Assembly (NCBI GenBank): GCA_021802705.1
Contig: JAJZRL010000002.1
Coordinates: 25,913 to 89,912 of the forward strand
DNA length: 64,000 bases
Direction of reading: 5' to 3'
Source: a bacterium
GTDB lineage: Bacteria > Patescibacteriota > Minisyncoccia > Phycocordibacterales > Phycocordibacteraceae
Shown piece by piece: positions 36,386 to 45,500 of the stretch. A program made the position numbers and the translations under genes. Within the stretch, counting starts at the first letter, position 1. Each line of letters begins with the position of its first letter. The notes beneath the pieces were generated by a model. The model worked only from the letters and a program-made list of their open reading frames with translations. It ran no database searches and was not told the origin of the DNA.

Positions 36386-36622
36386 ATGGGATGGGCAATT
36401 TTATGGGGAATGATAATTGGAGGAACGAGTAATAATAGCGGGGTCGGTTTTCTTGCCTTCATCATTATTTGGCTTTTCGTCGATGATAGGAATGCAACAA
36501 TTCATAATGCAACTGTAGTAATCAACAAACTGCAACAAAGGATAATTGAGCTTGAATCAGAACTTAGTATTGCAAGAAGTGCCAAACCAAAGAAACGGGA
36601 GAAAGAATGGAACGTCTTATGA
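36386..36622 (+). CDS. hypothetical small membrane/coiled-coil protein (island gene 2)
   Basis: 78 aa MGWAILWGMIIGGTSNNSGVGFLAFIIIWLFV...KLQQRIIELESELSIARS. Starts 3 nt after the preceding stop. Confidence 0.4.
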   Translation: MGWAILWGMIIGGTSNNSGVGFLAFIIIWLFVDDRNATIHNATVVINKLQQRIIELESELSIARSAKPKKREKEWNVL

Positions 36623-37296
36623 AGCAAATATGCCTCGGCATCATTTACGGTCTTGTTATCGCCATCGCCATAATACTCACCATCTCTTGGTATCAGAGTC
36701 AGCGCAAGGAAGTAAGCATGGCTTCTGCCGTAGTTGCTACCTCAACCGAGCCCTCTCAAATGAGCGAAGAGGATCAACAGTATGCCAAGATAAATCCGAA
36801 CTGCGCTTTGTATTACGAAAACTTAGGGGTGGGAACAGACTCTTTCTCTGTTGAGCTTTCTGACTTCACGAATCTACACCCGCTCGCTGACTTCCTCTGT
36901 GGCAAGTATTCAGATGTCATGAAAATGACTCTCTCTGATGGCAAGACCCTATACTTCATCGCTCCTATCTCCTCGTTAGGCTGTGGCAGTGGTGGCTGCA
37001 CCTACTATCCTATGCTTGAAGTCAGGCCGGGTGTAGTTCGTCATTTGCGAGGATTCGACGCCTATTCTGATGCAGGTTCGACAACTACAGCCACAGTGCA
37101 AAAAGATACTGATGGTTCGGTGTTCGGCTTCCTGTCTTTCGGCTCTCAAAGACACTCCGTGGATGTCTATTGGCACGAAAGTGCGCAATGCGGAACGACA
37201 AATACCTATGCCTTCAACAGTAAAGACGAACCTGTGTTAATCTCCGCGTCTGATAGTTGTTTACCTGGGAAGGGCATCTTATATCCGACGAAGTGA
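36619..37296 (+). CDS. hypothetical membrane-anchored Cys-rich ectodomain protein (island gene 3)
   Basis: MKQICLGIIYGLVIAIAIILTISWYQ TM then ...SSLGCGSGGCTYYP...CGTTNTYAF...SDSCLPGKG. Overlaps the upstream gene by 4 nt. Confidence 0.5.
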   Translation: MKQICLGIIYGLVIAIAIILTISWYQSQRKEVSMASAVVATSTEPSQMSEEDQQYAKINPNCALYYENLGVGTDSFSVELSDFTNLHPLADFLCGKYSDVMKMTLSDGKTLYFIAPISSLGCGSGGCTYYPMLEVRPGVVRHLRGFDAYSDAGSTTTATVQKDTDGSVFGFLSFGSQRHSVDVYWHESAQCGTTNTYAFNSKDEPVLISASDSCLPGKGILYPTK

Positions 37297-37411
37297 GGAC
37301 TCCTCGCTGCAGCATTTTGATAAACAGCAGTTGTTGCGCCATTTTATCCATATAATTTCGGTCTTGAAGTAGGTTTTTAGTTGCCTCATACTCGGGACAC
37401 CAAACAAGCGT

Positions 37412-38104
37412 TCAGATCGAGAGCGCGAATCTTTCAAGCGCGTCGCCAAAGTTGACACCCGTACGACGGGCGTGTCGCGTAAGTTCGATAAGCGCGACGG
37501 AAAGGGCGCGCGCTTCTTCCGGCTTCCAGGTGCGACTACCATTCTCCATAAGGTCGCGCGCCTTCCAATGAAGAAGCCCGTGGATCATTTCCGGAGCGTC
37601 ACCCGCGCGGAGCGCTCGCACCACCTCAAGCCATAGCCTCTTGCTATCCCGCGCGGCAAGCGCATTTACGAGCGCGCTATTGAAACCGCGGCTGTAAGGA
37701 AGCGCGGAAACGTTAAACACGTAGGTTTTCGCGGCCCGTGTTTCGATCTTCCTCGCTTTTGCGGCGGGAAGCTCAGGCGCAAGTATGATAATCGCGTTAT
37801 CGGATTCGGCGAGCAGGTCAAGGTGTTCTTCGAGGATGTTTTCTGAGCCTCCTTCCTCCCCTTCTTCGCGGGGCTTCTCGTTCCTTTTTTGAAGAGATGA
37901 GAACGGATCATCGATAAGTATGAGAAGCCGCCTCACGAACAGGCCGCCGGAATACGCGATGTCCTCAAGGACCGGCGTGGAAAGCTCGTCGCGCAAAAGA
38001 TGCCGATACGCGAGTCCGGGTTCCTTTTCCCGCGCTTTTGCGATCCATTCAAACGCTTTCGCCCGTACCTTGTCGCCGTCGGTGCCGTGGAAAAGGTACA
38101 TCAT
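37412..38104 (-). CDS. holA: DNA polymerase III delta subunit-like
   Basis: MMYLFHGTDGDKVRAKAFEWIAKAREKEPGLAYRHL N-terminal pattern resembles HolA. Compact, about 230 aa. Abuts polA stop. Confidence 0.5.
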   Translation of the reverse strand: MMYLFHGTDGDKVRAKAFEWIAKAREKEPGLAYRHLLRDELSTPVLEDIAYSGGLFVRRLLILIDDPFSSLQKRNEKPREEGEEGGSENILEEHLDLLAESDNAIIILAPELPAAKARKIETRAAKTYVFNVSALPYSRGFNSALVNALAARDSKRLWLEVVRALRAGDAPEMIHGLLHWKARDLMENGSRTWKPEEARALSVALIELTRHARRTGVNFGDALERFALSI

Positions 38105-40476
38105 ATCGGATGCATGTCGCCCCAATCGGAGCCGGCCTTCATCGAAGCGAGGACGGGGACGCCGTGCGTTTCTTTTCCGGACAAGACCGACTCCATGATC
38201 GCTCGTATCCGGGGTCCGAGGGTGCGGATGTGGCGGTCGCGTATCTCGTACACGAGCTCGTCATGCACCTGTAACAGCAGATGGGCGTCCCCGCGGAAGC
38301 CGTCCCGTTCAAGCATCGTATCGACATGAACCATGGCGAGCTTAATGATATCCGCTTGCGTGCCCTGTAAGGGCGCATTCACCGCCGTTCGTTCCGCCTG
38401 CGCCCGCACGTATGGCAAGGATGACTTCATCTCAGGAAACTGCCGCCGCCGCCCGAAGAGCGTTTCGGTGTAGCCGTACGTTCTCGCGAAACCTTTCGTT
38501 TTTTCAAGATATTCGGAAAGCGTCTTGAATTGGCCGAAATATTCGTCATAAAAAGAGTGGGCTTCGGCGGTTGTCGTGCCGAGTTGCGCCCGAAGGGCGT
38601 TCACCCCCATGCCGTACAGTATGCCGAAATTGATGACTTTCGCCCGCCGGCGCATTTCCTGGTCAACATCCCCGGGATCGACATGGAATACCCGCGCAGC
38701 GACTTCCTGATGCACGTCGCGGCCGGTCCTGAAGATTTCGCACAACCGCTCATCGCCCGAAAGGATGGCTGCGAGCCGCAGCTCTATCTGCGAATAATCA
38801 AGCGCGACGAGGGTGAACTGTGGTGAGGCAATGAACGCGTGGCGGATGGCCTGGCCGCGCTTGGAGTGGAGCGGGACATTCTGAAGATTCGGATTCTGAC
38901 TCGCCATACGTCCGGTCGTCGTGCCGGTTTGAAGGAACTCGGCATGCAACCGATGCCCAGCATCGAGCATGGGCGGGAGATTCTCGATATAGGTCGAAAG
39001 AAGTTTTTTCAGCTCTCGGTATTCGAGAATATCCCCGACGATCGGGTGCCGGTCGCGTATCTTCTCAAGCTCGCTCTCGCGCGTCGAGCGTGCGCCGCCC
39101 GCTGTCTTTTTCTGCCGTCCGGAAACAAGCGCGAGCTCATCAAACAATACTTCGCCGAGCTGTTTGGGAGAACTTATATTGAATGTCCGTCCGGCGGCGG
39201 CATGGATGCGCTTCTCAAGCTGAGAAAGCTCCGCGCGATACGTTACGGCAAGATCGGTAAGAACATCAGTGTCAACGAGAATACCCCGCTCTTCCATCGC
39301 GCGAACGATGGGAATGAGCGGCCGTTCTATCTGTTCGTAAACATCGTGCACCCTTCCGAGAGCCTTGAGCTGGCGCTCGAGCGTATCGTAGGCCGCCGCA
39401 AAAGAACGCTCTTTCGTAAACGCAAGGATGTCATCGAGCGAAGGGTTCGTGAATTCGGAAGAAATAAGCCACAGCATGACGGCCGCCTCGGCAAGCTGTG
39501 CGGAAGGTACGGCCTCAAGCGGTTCGTTCTCGCGCGCCGGAGGATCTGCCCGCTCCCCCAGGACCGTTCGAGCCCGTTCGCGCAGAGATCGGAATCCAAG
39601 CTCGTCAAAAAGCCGGAAGACGTCCGCACTGTCGACCCCCTCCTTCCATGAAGTTTTTGGCAGAGCGAAAGCGATCGGAGCGTCAAGCCGTATGGTTGCG
39701 AGCGCCTTGGAGAAACGCGCCTCTTCCTCATGCTCCTTAAGGAGTGTGCGAGCGCGCGGTTTAACGCCCTTTACATCGAAAACGGCTTCATCCTTTGCAA
39801 GGAGAGCGTAGATATCATCGATCGAGCCGAAGTTCGCCACAAGCGCGGTCGCGGTCTTCTCTCCGATACCGGGAACGCCCTTTATGTTGTCGGAAGGGTC
39901 GCCTCGAAGCCCTTTCCAATCGGGAATGAGCGCGGGAGAAAATCCGAAACGGGCACGCACCGCGGATTCATCGTAAAGAATGGTGTCGTTAATGCCTTTT
40001 TTCAGAGTGTAGACACGAACACGTTTTCCGTCGACAAGCTGAAGCGTGTCCATGTCGCCTGAAGCGATGATAACCTCTACTCCGGATTCATTTCGCAATT
40101 CATGAGCGATAGTGCCGAGGAGGTCGTCGGCTTCAAAACCCTCCCGTTCGTAGATCGGGATCCCGAACGCCTTAAAGATATCGCGCGATCCCTGCAGCTG
40201 CACGGCAAGGGCGTCATCGGTCTTCGCGCGCGTCGCCTTGTAGCCGCTGTACGCTTCGTGACGGATGGTCGGCTTCGGCAGGTCATAGCAAGCGACGATA
40301 TAGTCGGGAGAAAGGTCTGAGATTATCTTAAGCAGCATGGAAACAAGCCCGTAGAGAGCCCCGGTAGGCGCCCCGGAGGGGCTGGTGAACTCCGGCAGCG
40401 CATGGTATGCGCGATGGATGATCGCGTGCGCGTCAAGGAGGACGATTCGTTTTTTTTGCCGGCTTGATTCAGGCAT
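38101..40476 (-). CDS. polA: DNA polymerase I
   Basis: 5'-3' exo N-terminus (IVLLDAHAIIHRAYHA). Polymerase motifs DYSQIELR, RRRAKVINFGILYGMG, QVHDELVYEI. Confidence 0.9.
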   Translation of the reverse strand: MPESSRQKKRIVLLDAHAIIHRAYHALPEFTSPSGAPTGALYGLVSMLLKIISDLSPDYIVACYDLPKPTIRHEAYSGYKATRAKTDDALAVQLQGSRDIFKAFGIPIYEREGFEADDLLGTIAHELRNESGVEVIIASGDMDTLQLVDGKRVRVYTLKKGINDTILYDESAVRARFGFSPALIPDWKGLRGDPSDNIKGVPGIGEKTATALVANFGSIDDIYALLAKDEAVFDVKGVKPRARTLLKEHEEEARFSKALATIRLDAPIAFALPKTSWKEGVDSADVFRLFDELGFRSLRERARTVLGERADPPARENEPLEAVPSAQLAEAAVMLWLISSEFTNPSLDDILAFTKERSFAAAYDTLERQLKALGRVHDVYEQIERPLIPIVRAMEERGILVDTDVLTDLAVTYRAELSQLEKRIHAAAGRTFNISSPKQLGEVLFDELALVSGRQKKTAGGARSTRESELEKIRDRHPIVGDILEYRELKKLLSTYIENLPPMLDAGHRLHAEFLQTGTTTGRMASQNPNLQNVPLHSKRGQAIRHAFIASPQFTLVALDYSQIELRLAAILSGDERLCEIFRTGRDVHQEVAARVFHVDPGDVDQEMRRRAKVINFGILYGMGVNALRAQLGTTTAEAHSFYDEYFGQFKTLSEYLEKTKGFARTYGYTETLFGRRRQFPEMKSSLPYVRAQAERTAVNAPLQGTQADIIKLAMVHVDTMLERDGFRGDAHLLLQVHDELVYEIRDRHIRTLGPRIRAIMESVLSGKETHGVPVLASMKAGSDWGDMHPI

Positions 40477-40923
40477 ACGATAGTTCGCGAGAACCGTCGG
40501 TGCACGCTTTGAGAGAGATGCGGACAGCCTCACGGGGGAGTGCCGCCGAGACTTTCTCCGGCCACTCGAACAAGACGAGGTTGCGTTCGTCTTTCATAAT
40601 CTCGTCAAAACCGATCGGGCCAAGCTCATCGGCGCCCTCGAGCCGGTAAGCGTCTATATGGACGAGGCGCCTGAACGGACAGGTCGACGGGAGCGCGTAT
40701 ATTTTCTCGAGGACGAACGTCGGGCTGTTCACCACGTCTTTGACGCCAAGCGCTCCCGCAACGGCCTTTGTAAAGGCGGTCTTTCCGGCACCGAGCTCTC
40801 CTGAAAGGAGCACGAGCGTCGCGGTACCATCCGTGTGCGGACGCAGATTGTGCGCGAATTCTTCGGCTTCGCGCTCAAGCTCTTTCAGGTTCGCGATTTT
40901 CTTATCCACGAGGTAATTGTACA
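40469..40923 (-). CDS. tsaE: tRNA t6A biosynthesis protein TsaE (YjeE)
   Basis: LLSGELGAGKTAFTKAVAGALGV...VNSPTFVLEKIYALP...LVHIDAYRLEGADE. The 5' end is uncertain: the ORF extends to 41080 but would overlap the lipoprotein gene. A TTG near 40923 is proposed; coordinate approximate. Confidence 0.55.
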
Positions 40924-40968
40924 ACCGAATGGAAAATGCGCCCGCTTTTACAAAGCGGGCGCATGAAA

Positions 40969-41202
40969 CTAGCGGTGCCAATAAAAGAACGACCACGACT
41001 GCGGATAGAAAGGGCTCTGGCGAAAGAGAATTGGGGGTTGCGCATAAACGGGCGGCGCATAGACCGATCGACAGAACCATCCGCTTTCATCACAAACCTT
41101 CGCAGAGGATGCCGGTATCCCGGTATACGGCTGCTCGTAGGTCGGATACTCGGCACAACCCGCAAGGGGAAACAACAAAAGGGCAAAAACGATCTTTCTC
41201 AC
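40969..41202 (-). CDS. small putative lipoprotein
   Basis: 77 aa MRKIVFALLLFPLAGCAEYPTYEQPYTG..., signal peptide with LAGC lipobox. Confidence 0.5.
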   Translation of the reverse strand: MRKIVFALLLFPLAGCAEYPTYEQPYTGIPASSAKVCDESGWFCRSVYAPPVYAQPPILFRQSPFYPQSWSFFYWHR

Positions 41203-41301
41203 GATGAACCTCCTTTTGGCTGGCGGATATTTCTCTTTACATTATAGCATAAATATTATAAAATAGTCAAGTCTCTCCGCCGCCCTGCGCGAGCTGATGG
41301 T

Positions 41302-42981
41302 ATGATGTTTCGCATGGATTTGCCTTTCGATACCGAACACGAGACCGCAAAGCTCGCCGAAATACGCGAACGGGAGGAAGAGGATCTTACGCGCATCCTC
41401 TCCCAAAAATACGGGCTGCCTTACAACGACCTTTCTCTCAACAAAATCGACGCCGACGCGCTCCGCACGATCCCTGAAGAGAAGGCGCGAACGGCCGAGG
41501 CGGCGGCATTCGACCGTGTTGCGAAGACGATCTCGCTTGCCATCCATAATCCGAGCAACGCGGCGCTCGCGGAACTTCGCCATGATATGGCCCAACGCGG
41601 CTTTAAGGTGCAAGAATTCTTGGTTTCGAAGAAAAGCCTTGATAAGGCGTTTTCTTATTATCGCGATCTTTCTTTTGCAACCGAATCGAAGGTGGGGATG
41701 TTCGTCGTTACGAAAGCCGCGCTCGACGAATTTTTAAAAGAAGAGAATCCGCGGCCGCTTTTTACCAAAAAACTCGATGCCGATGTCGTCTCAAAATCCC
41801 TGGAGCACATCTCTCACCTTTTCGAGACGATCCTTGTCGGGTCGTTCGCCCTCCGCGCTTCCGATATCCATCTCGAACCGGAAGAGTCGGGCACCCGTTT
41901 GCGTCTTCGGATCGACGGGCTCCTCACCGAGATCCATTCGTTCGACCTCAAGACGTACCAACAGCTCAATTCGCGCATCAAACTTCTCTCGGGCGTGAAA
42001 CTCAACGTCGAGAATCGCGCGCAAGACGGACGTTTTAGCGTTTCGCGTGAAGGGAGCGAGATCGAGATACGCGCATCTTTCATTCCCGGAAACTATGGCG
42101 AATCCATCGTCTTGCGTATCCTTGATCCTGAAACGACGATGACTTCTTATAAAGAGCTCGGTATAGGCCAGAAGCTTCTTGCGCGCCTCGAAAAGGAGAT
42201 CAGGCGGCCAAACGGCATGCTCCTCACCACCGGACCGACCGGAAGCGGGAAAACGACGACGCTCTACTCGTTTCTTCGCGAGATCTATACGCCAGAAATA
42301 AAAATCATCACGATCGAGGATCCGATCGAGTATCACTTGAGCGGCATCGTACAAACGCAGGTCGAGGAAAAGAAGTTCACGTTTGCCGAGGGGCTTCGTT
42401 CCATCGTCCGACAGGACCCGGACGTCATCATGGTCGGCGAGATCCGCGACGGCGACACCGCCGGTATCGCTATCCAAGCGGCGCTCACCGGCCACCTCGT
42501 GCTCTCAACGCTCCACACGAATGATGCCGCCGGAACATTCCCGCGCCTCGTTGATCTCGGCATCGACCCGAAATCCTTCGGGTCGGCGGTCACGGTCGCG
42601 ATGGCTCAGCGTCTCGTCCGTCGCCTCGATCCCGAAAAGAAAAAGGAACGCCCGCTCACCGACGAGGAGAAGGCGATGATCGCGCGGACATTCGCATCGC
42701 TCGCCGACCAGACGCTCGCTCCGCAAAAAATAGAGACCGTATGGGAACCCGTTCCGGCCCACGAAGGCGAGACGGGATACAAGGGCCGCATCGGCTTATA
42801 TGAAGCCATCTTCATGGACGACGATCTCGCGCTTTTCTTGCGAGACAACCCGCCCGCAAATGAGATAGTGAAGCACGCCGCGCGACAGGGATATCTCACC
42901 ATGGCGCAAGACGGCCTTCTCAAGGCGCTCGCCGGTATCACATCCCTTTCCGAAGTTGCGGCTACCGTCAATCTCGCATAG
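41302..42981 (+). CDS. pilB: type IV pilus assembly ATPase PilB (GspE family)
   Basis: GPTGSGKTTTLYS Walker A, GspE N-terminal domain, VGEIRD box, TLHTNDAAG His box. Confidence 0.85.
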   Translation: MMFRMDLPFDTEHETAKLAEIREREEEDLTRILSQKYGLPYNDLSLNKIDADALRTIPEEKARTAEAAAFDRVAKTISLAIHNPSNAALAELRHDMAQRGFKVQEFLVSKKSLDKAFSYYRDLSFATESKVGMFVVTKAALDEFLKEENPRPLFTKKLDADVVSKSLEHISHLFETILVGSFALRASDIHLEPEESGTRLRLRIDGLLTEIHSFDLKTYQQLNSRIKLLSGVKLNVENRAQDGRFSVSREGSEIEIRASFIPGNYGESIVLRILDPETTMTSYKELGIGQKLLARLEKEIRRPNGMLLTTGPTGSGKTTTLYSFLREIYTPEIKIITIEDPIEYHLSGIVQTQVEEKKFTFAEGLRSIVRQDPDVIMVGEIRDGDTAGIAIQAALTGHLVLSTLHTNDAAGTFPRLVDLGIDPKSFGSAVTVAMAQRLVRRLDPEKKKERPLTDEEKAMIARTFASLADQTLAPQKIETVWEPVPAHEGETGYKGRIGLYEAIFMDDDLALFLRDNPPANEIVKHAARQGYLTMAQDGLLKALAGITSLSEVAATVNLA

Positions 42982-43198
42982 CAAAACCGCGGGGTCTGAC
43001 CCCGCGGTTTTGCATACGCCCGTTCCCATGCATGCTCCTCTAGGCAGAACCCGCGATAAAGCGGGGTGGACAAAACACCTGAGGAGATTCCCAGCCCGTC
43101 ATGCAAGATGACGAACCAGAAAGTCCTTGGGGAGTCGCCTCAAAGCCGTCAAGCCTTGCCCAGAGGAGTATGAACAGGAACCGGGAACGTGTGGTAAC

Positions 43199-44200
43199 AT
43201 GTTAGCATACGCTAAACCTATGTCAACCCCCCCACCAAAACCAGAGGCGGTTCCAGCAGCGCTTGATGCGGCACTACGCCCTGTCACATGGGAGGACTAT
43301 ACCGGACAAAAGCAGGTGAAAGCGAGCGTCCGCATCGCGATCGATGCCGCAAAGATGCGGGGAGGGATGCCCGAGCATATCCTTTTTTACGGTCCGCCGG
43401 GCGTCGGAAAAACGACTCTCGCTCACCTGATCGCCCATACGCTCGAATCTCCGCTTAAGAACACTTCCGGCGTTGCCATCGAGCGCGCCGGGGATCTTGC
43501 GGCGATACTCACCAACCTCGAGCCGAACACGGTCCTTTTCATCGACGAGATCCATAGGCTTTCAAGGAAGATAGAGGAGCTCTTGTATCCGGCTCTTGAA
43601 TCAGGCCATCTTGATATCGTTCTTGGGAAAGGTCCTTCGGCACGAACGATCGAACTCGCCTTGCCGCCGTTTACGCTCGTGGGAGCGACGACCCGTATCG
43701 CGGAACTCTCCGGCCCCCTGCGCTCGCGTTTTGGAGGAGGTATCTATCAGCTTGATTTCTACAGCGAGCAAGACCTGTGCGACATCATACGGCGCTCGGC
43801 GCTGCTCCTTAACCTCTCGGCGCCGGACGAGGTCATCCTCTGCGTTGCGGCGCGAAGCCGCGCGACGCCGCGCATCGCGAACGCGCTCCTGAAGCGCATC
43901 CGCGATTTCTCCGAAGTACACGGGCGAGCGCTCTCGGCAGACGTCTGCGAAGAAGCCTGCGCGCTTTTCGGGATCGATAAGCTCGGTCTCACGAAGGATG
44001 ATCGACGGTATCTTCTGACTCTCGCAAACGGATTCCATGGGGGACCGGCCGGCGTCCGTTCCCTTGCGGCCGCTCTTCATGAGGAGCCGGACACGATCGA
44101 ATACGTGTATGAGCCGTATCTGCTCCGGCTCGGTTTTGTCGAACGTTCCACCCGCGGCCGCGTGCTTACGCCGAACGGCCGCGCATACCTTCAACAGTAA
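43199..44200 (+). CDS. ruvB: Holliday junction DNA helicase RuvB
   Basis: HILFYGPPGVGKTTLAHLIAHTL, LFIDEIHRL, sensor regions; typical RuvB length from MLAYAKP. Confidence 0.9.
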   Translation: MLAYAKPMSTPPPKPEAVPAALDAALRPVTWEDYTGQKQVKASVRIAIDAAKMRGGMPEHILFYGPPGVGKTTLAHLIAHTLESPLKNTSGVAIERAGDLAAILTNLEPNTVLFIDEIHRLSRKIEELLYPALESGHLDIVLGKGPSARTIELALPPFTLVGATTRIAELSGPLRSRFGGGIYQLDFYSEQDLCDIIRRSALLLNLSAPDEVILCVAARSRATPRIANALLKRIRDFSEVHGRALSADVCEEACALFGIDKLGLTKDDRRYLLTLANGFHGGPAGVRSLAAALHEEPDTIEYVYEPYLLRLGFVERSTRGRVLTPNGRAYLQQ

Positions 44201-44242
44201 GGCTGTTTTGTTCCCTTCCCCTTGTTTTGTTATAGTGCCGTT

Positions 44243-44800
44243 ATGTCAGGACACAGCAAATGGGCGCAAATTAAACGGCAAAAGGCTGTGACCGATGCGG
44301 CAAAAAGCCGTATATTCTCGCGTTATGCGCGGCTTATCGCGGTCGAATCGAAGAAAGCAAACGGGGTGCTCTCGGCACCCGGCCTTTCCGTTGCCATTGC
44401 GCGCGCAAAATCAGAGAACATGCCGAAAGAGAATATCGAGCGTGCTATCGCAAAAGGCCTATCAAAAGATGCTGGCAATCTGGAACAGATCGTGTATGAA
44501 GCGTATGGACCGGGCGGCGCTGCGCTTCTCATCGAGGCGCTGAGCGACAATAAGAATCGCACGACGCAAGAAGTGAAACACCTGCTCACAAAACACGGTG
44601 TCGAGCTGGCCGCTCCGGGGTCCGCGAGTTGGGCTTTTACAAAATCCCCCGATGGGACCTACGTGCCGAACGAGCCTTTGATGGAGGTTTCCGGCCATGA
44701 CGAAGAACATCTCGGCTCTATTCTCGAAGCGCTCGACGAACATGAGGATGTGCAACGGGTATTCAGCAACGCACGCGGTTATGAGAATACTAGCGATTGA
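44243..44800 (+). CDS. yebC: YebC/PmpR-family probable transcriptional regulator
   Basis: MSGHSKWAQIKRQKAVTDAAKSRIFSRYARLI is the canonical YebC N-terminus. Confidence 0.85.
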   Translation: MSGHSKWAQIKRQKAVTDAAKSRIFSRYARLIAVESKKANGVLSAPGLSVAIARAKSENMPKENIERAIAKGLSKDAGNLEQIVYEAYGPGGAALLIEALSDNKNRTTQEVKHLLTKHGVELAAPGSASWAFTKSPDGTYVPNEPLMEVSGHDEEHLGSILEALDEHEDVQRVFSNARGYENTSD

Positions 44801-45245
44801 TCCGGGTTATGACAGGCTCGGTATAGCCGTAGTCGAGGGAGACTCGTCTCATCCGGTTCTTCTCTGGAGCGATTGCGTGATTCCCGAAAAAAAAACGAAA
44901 GAATCTCGGCTCGCCTGTATCGGGGCAGCCGTTTCGGCGGCGATTTCGTCCTACCTGCCCGACGCGCTCGCGATTGAAACGCTTTTTTTTAGCACGAACA
45001 AGAAAACCGCGCTCGGTGTCGCCGAGGCGCGCGGTGCGATACTTGCCGCTGCCGGAGCGACATCTCTCCCTGTCAAAGAATTTTCTCCGCAGGAAGTGAA
45101 GCTTGCCGTAACCGGCTATGGCAGTGCGACAAAATCCGCCATCGCGACCATGCTCCCCAGGCTTATCAAAATCGAAAAGAAGAAACGTCTTGACGACGAG
45201 CTCGATGCGATTGCAATCGGCATCACGGCGCTCGTAACCAAGTGA
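44784..45245 (+). CDS. ruvC: crossover junction endodeoxyribonuclease RuvC
   Basis: MRILAIDPGYDRLGIAVVEG...LAIETLFF...LDDELDAIAIGI has the RuvC catalytic acidic residues. Overlaps yebC end. Confidence 0.85.
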   Translation, partial: RILAIDPGYDRLGIAVVEGDSSHPVLLWSDCVIPEKKTKESRLACIGAAVSAAISSYLPDALAIETLFFSTNKKTALGVAEARGAILAAAGATSLPVKEFSPQEVKLAVTGYGSATKSAIATMLPRLIKIEKKKRLDDELDAIAIGITALVTK

Positions 45246-45278
45246 GGGGCATAATCAACAGCGCAGAACAAAAGACGC

Positions 45279-45311
45279 TTGCATAGAATTATTTTTTTGT
45301 TCAAATATACC
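45279..45311 (+). promoter_or_regulatory. putative sigma70-like promoter upstream of the PBP gene
   Basis: TTGCAT followed about 17-19 nt later by CAAATATAC (-10-like) in an AT-rich intergenic stretch; weak inference only. Confidence 0.2.
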
Positions 45312-45500
45312 AGCCCCCTGAGGGTTAATTCTTTAATTCACGTGTATGGATGATGAACGGTACGAGGAGCGTGATCTCGAACAGGATGACGATCTCGACA
45401 CTTTTGAAAACGCGGAAGACGAGGAATCGTTTTAGATAAGCGTCTGTTTGCGGTGTTCATCCATACGCGGTTCCGCATTCGCGGAACCGCGTATGGTAGC

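Noticed and set aside
41791-42495. 234-aa minus-strand ORF antisense to pilB
   Set aside because: Antisense artefact; pilB frame has GspE Walker A and His box.
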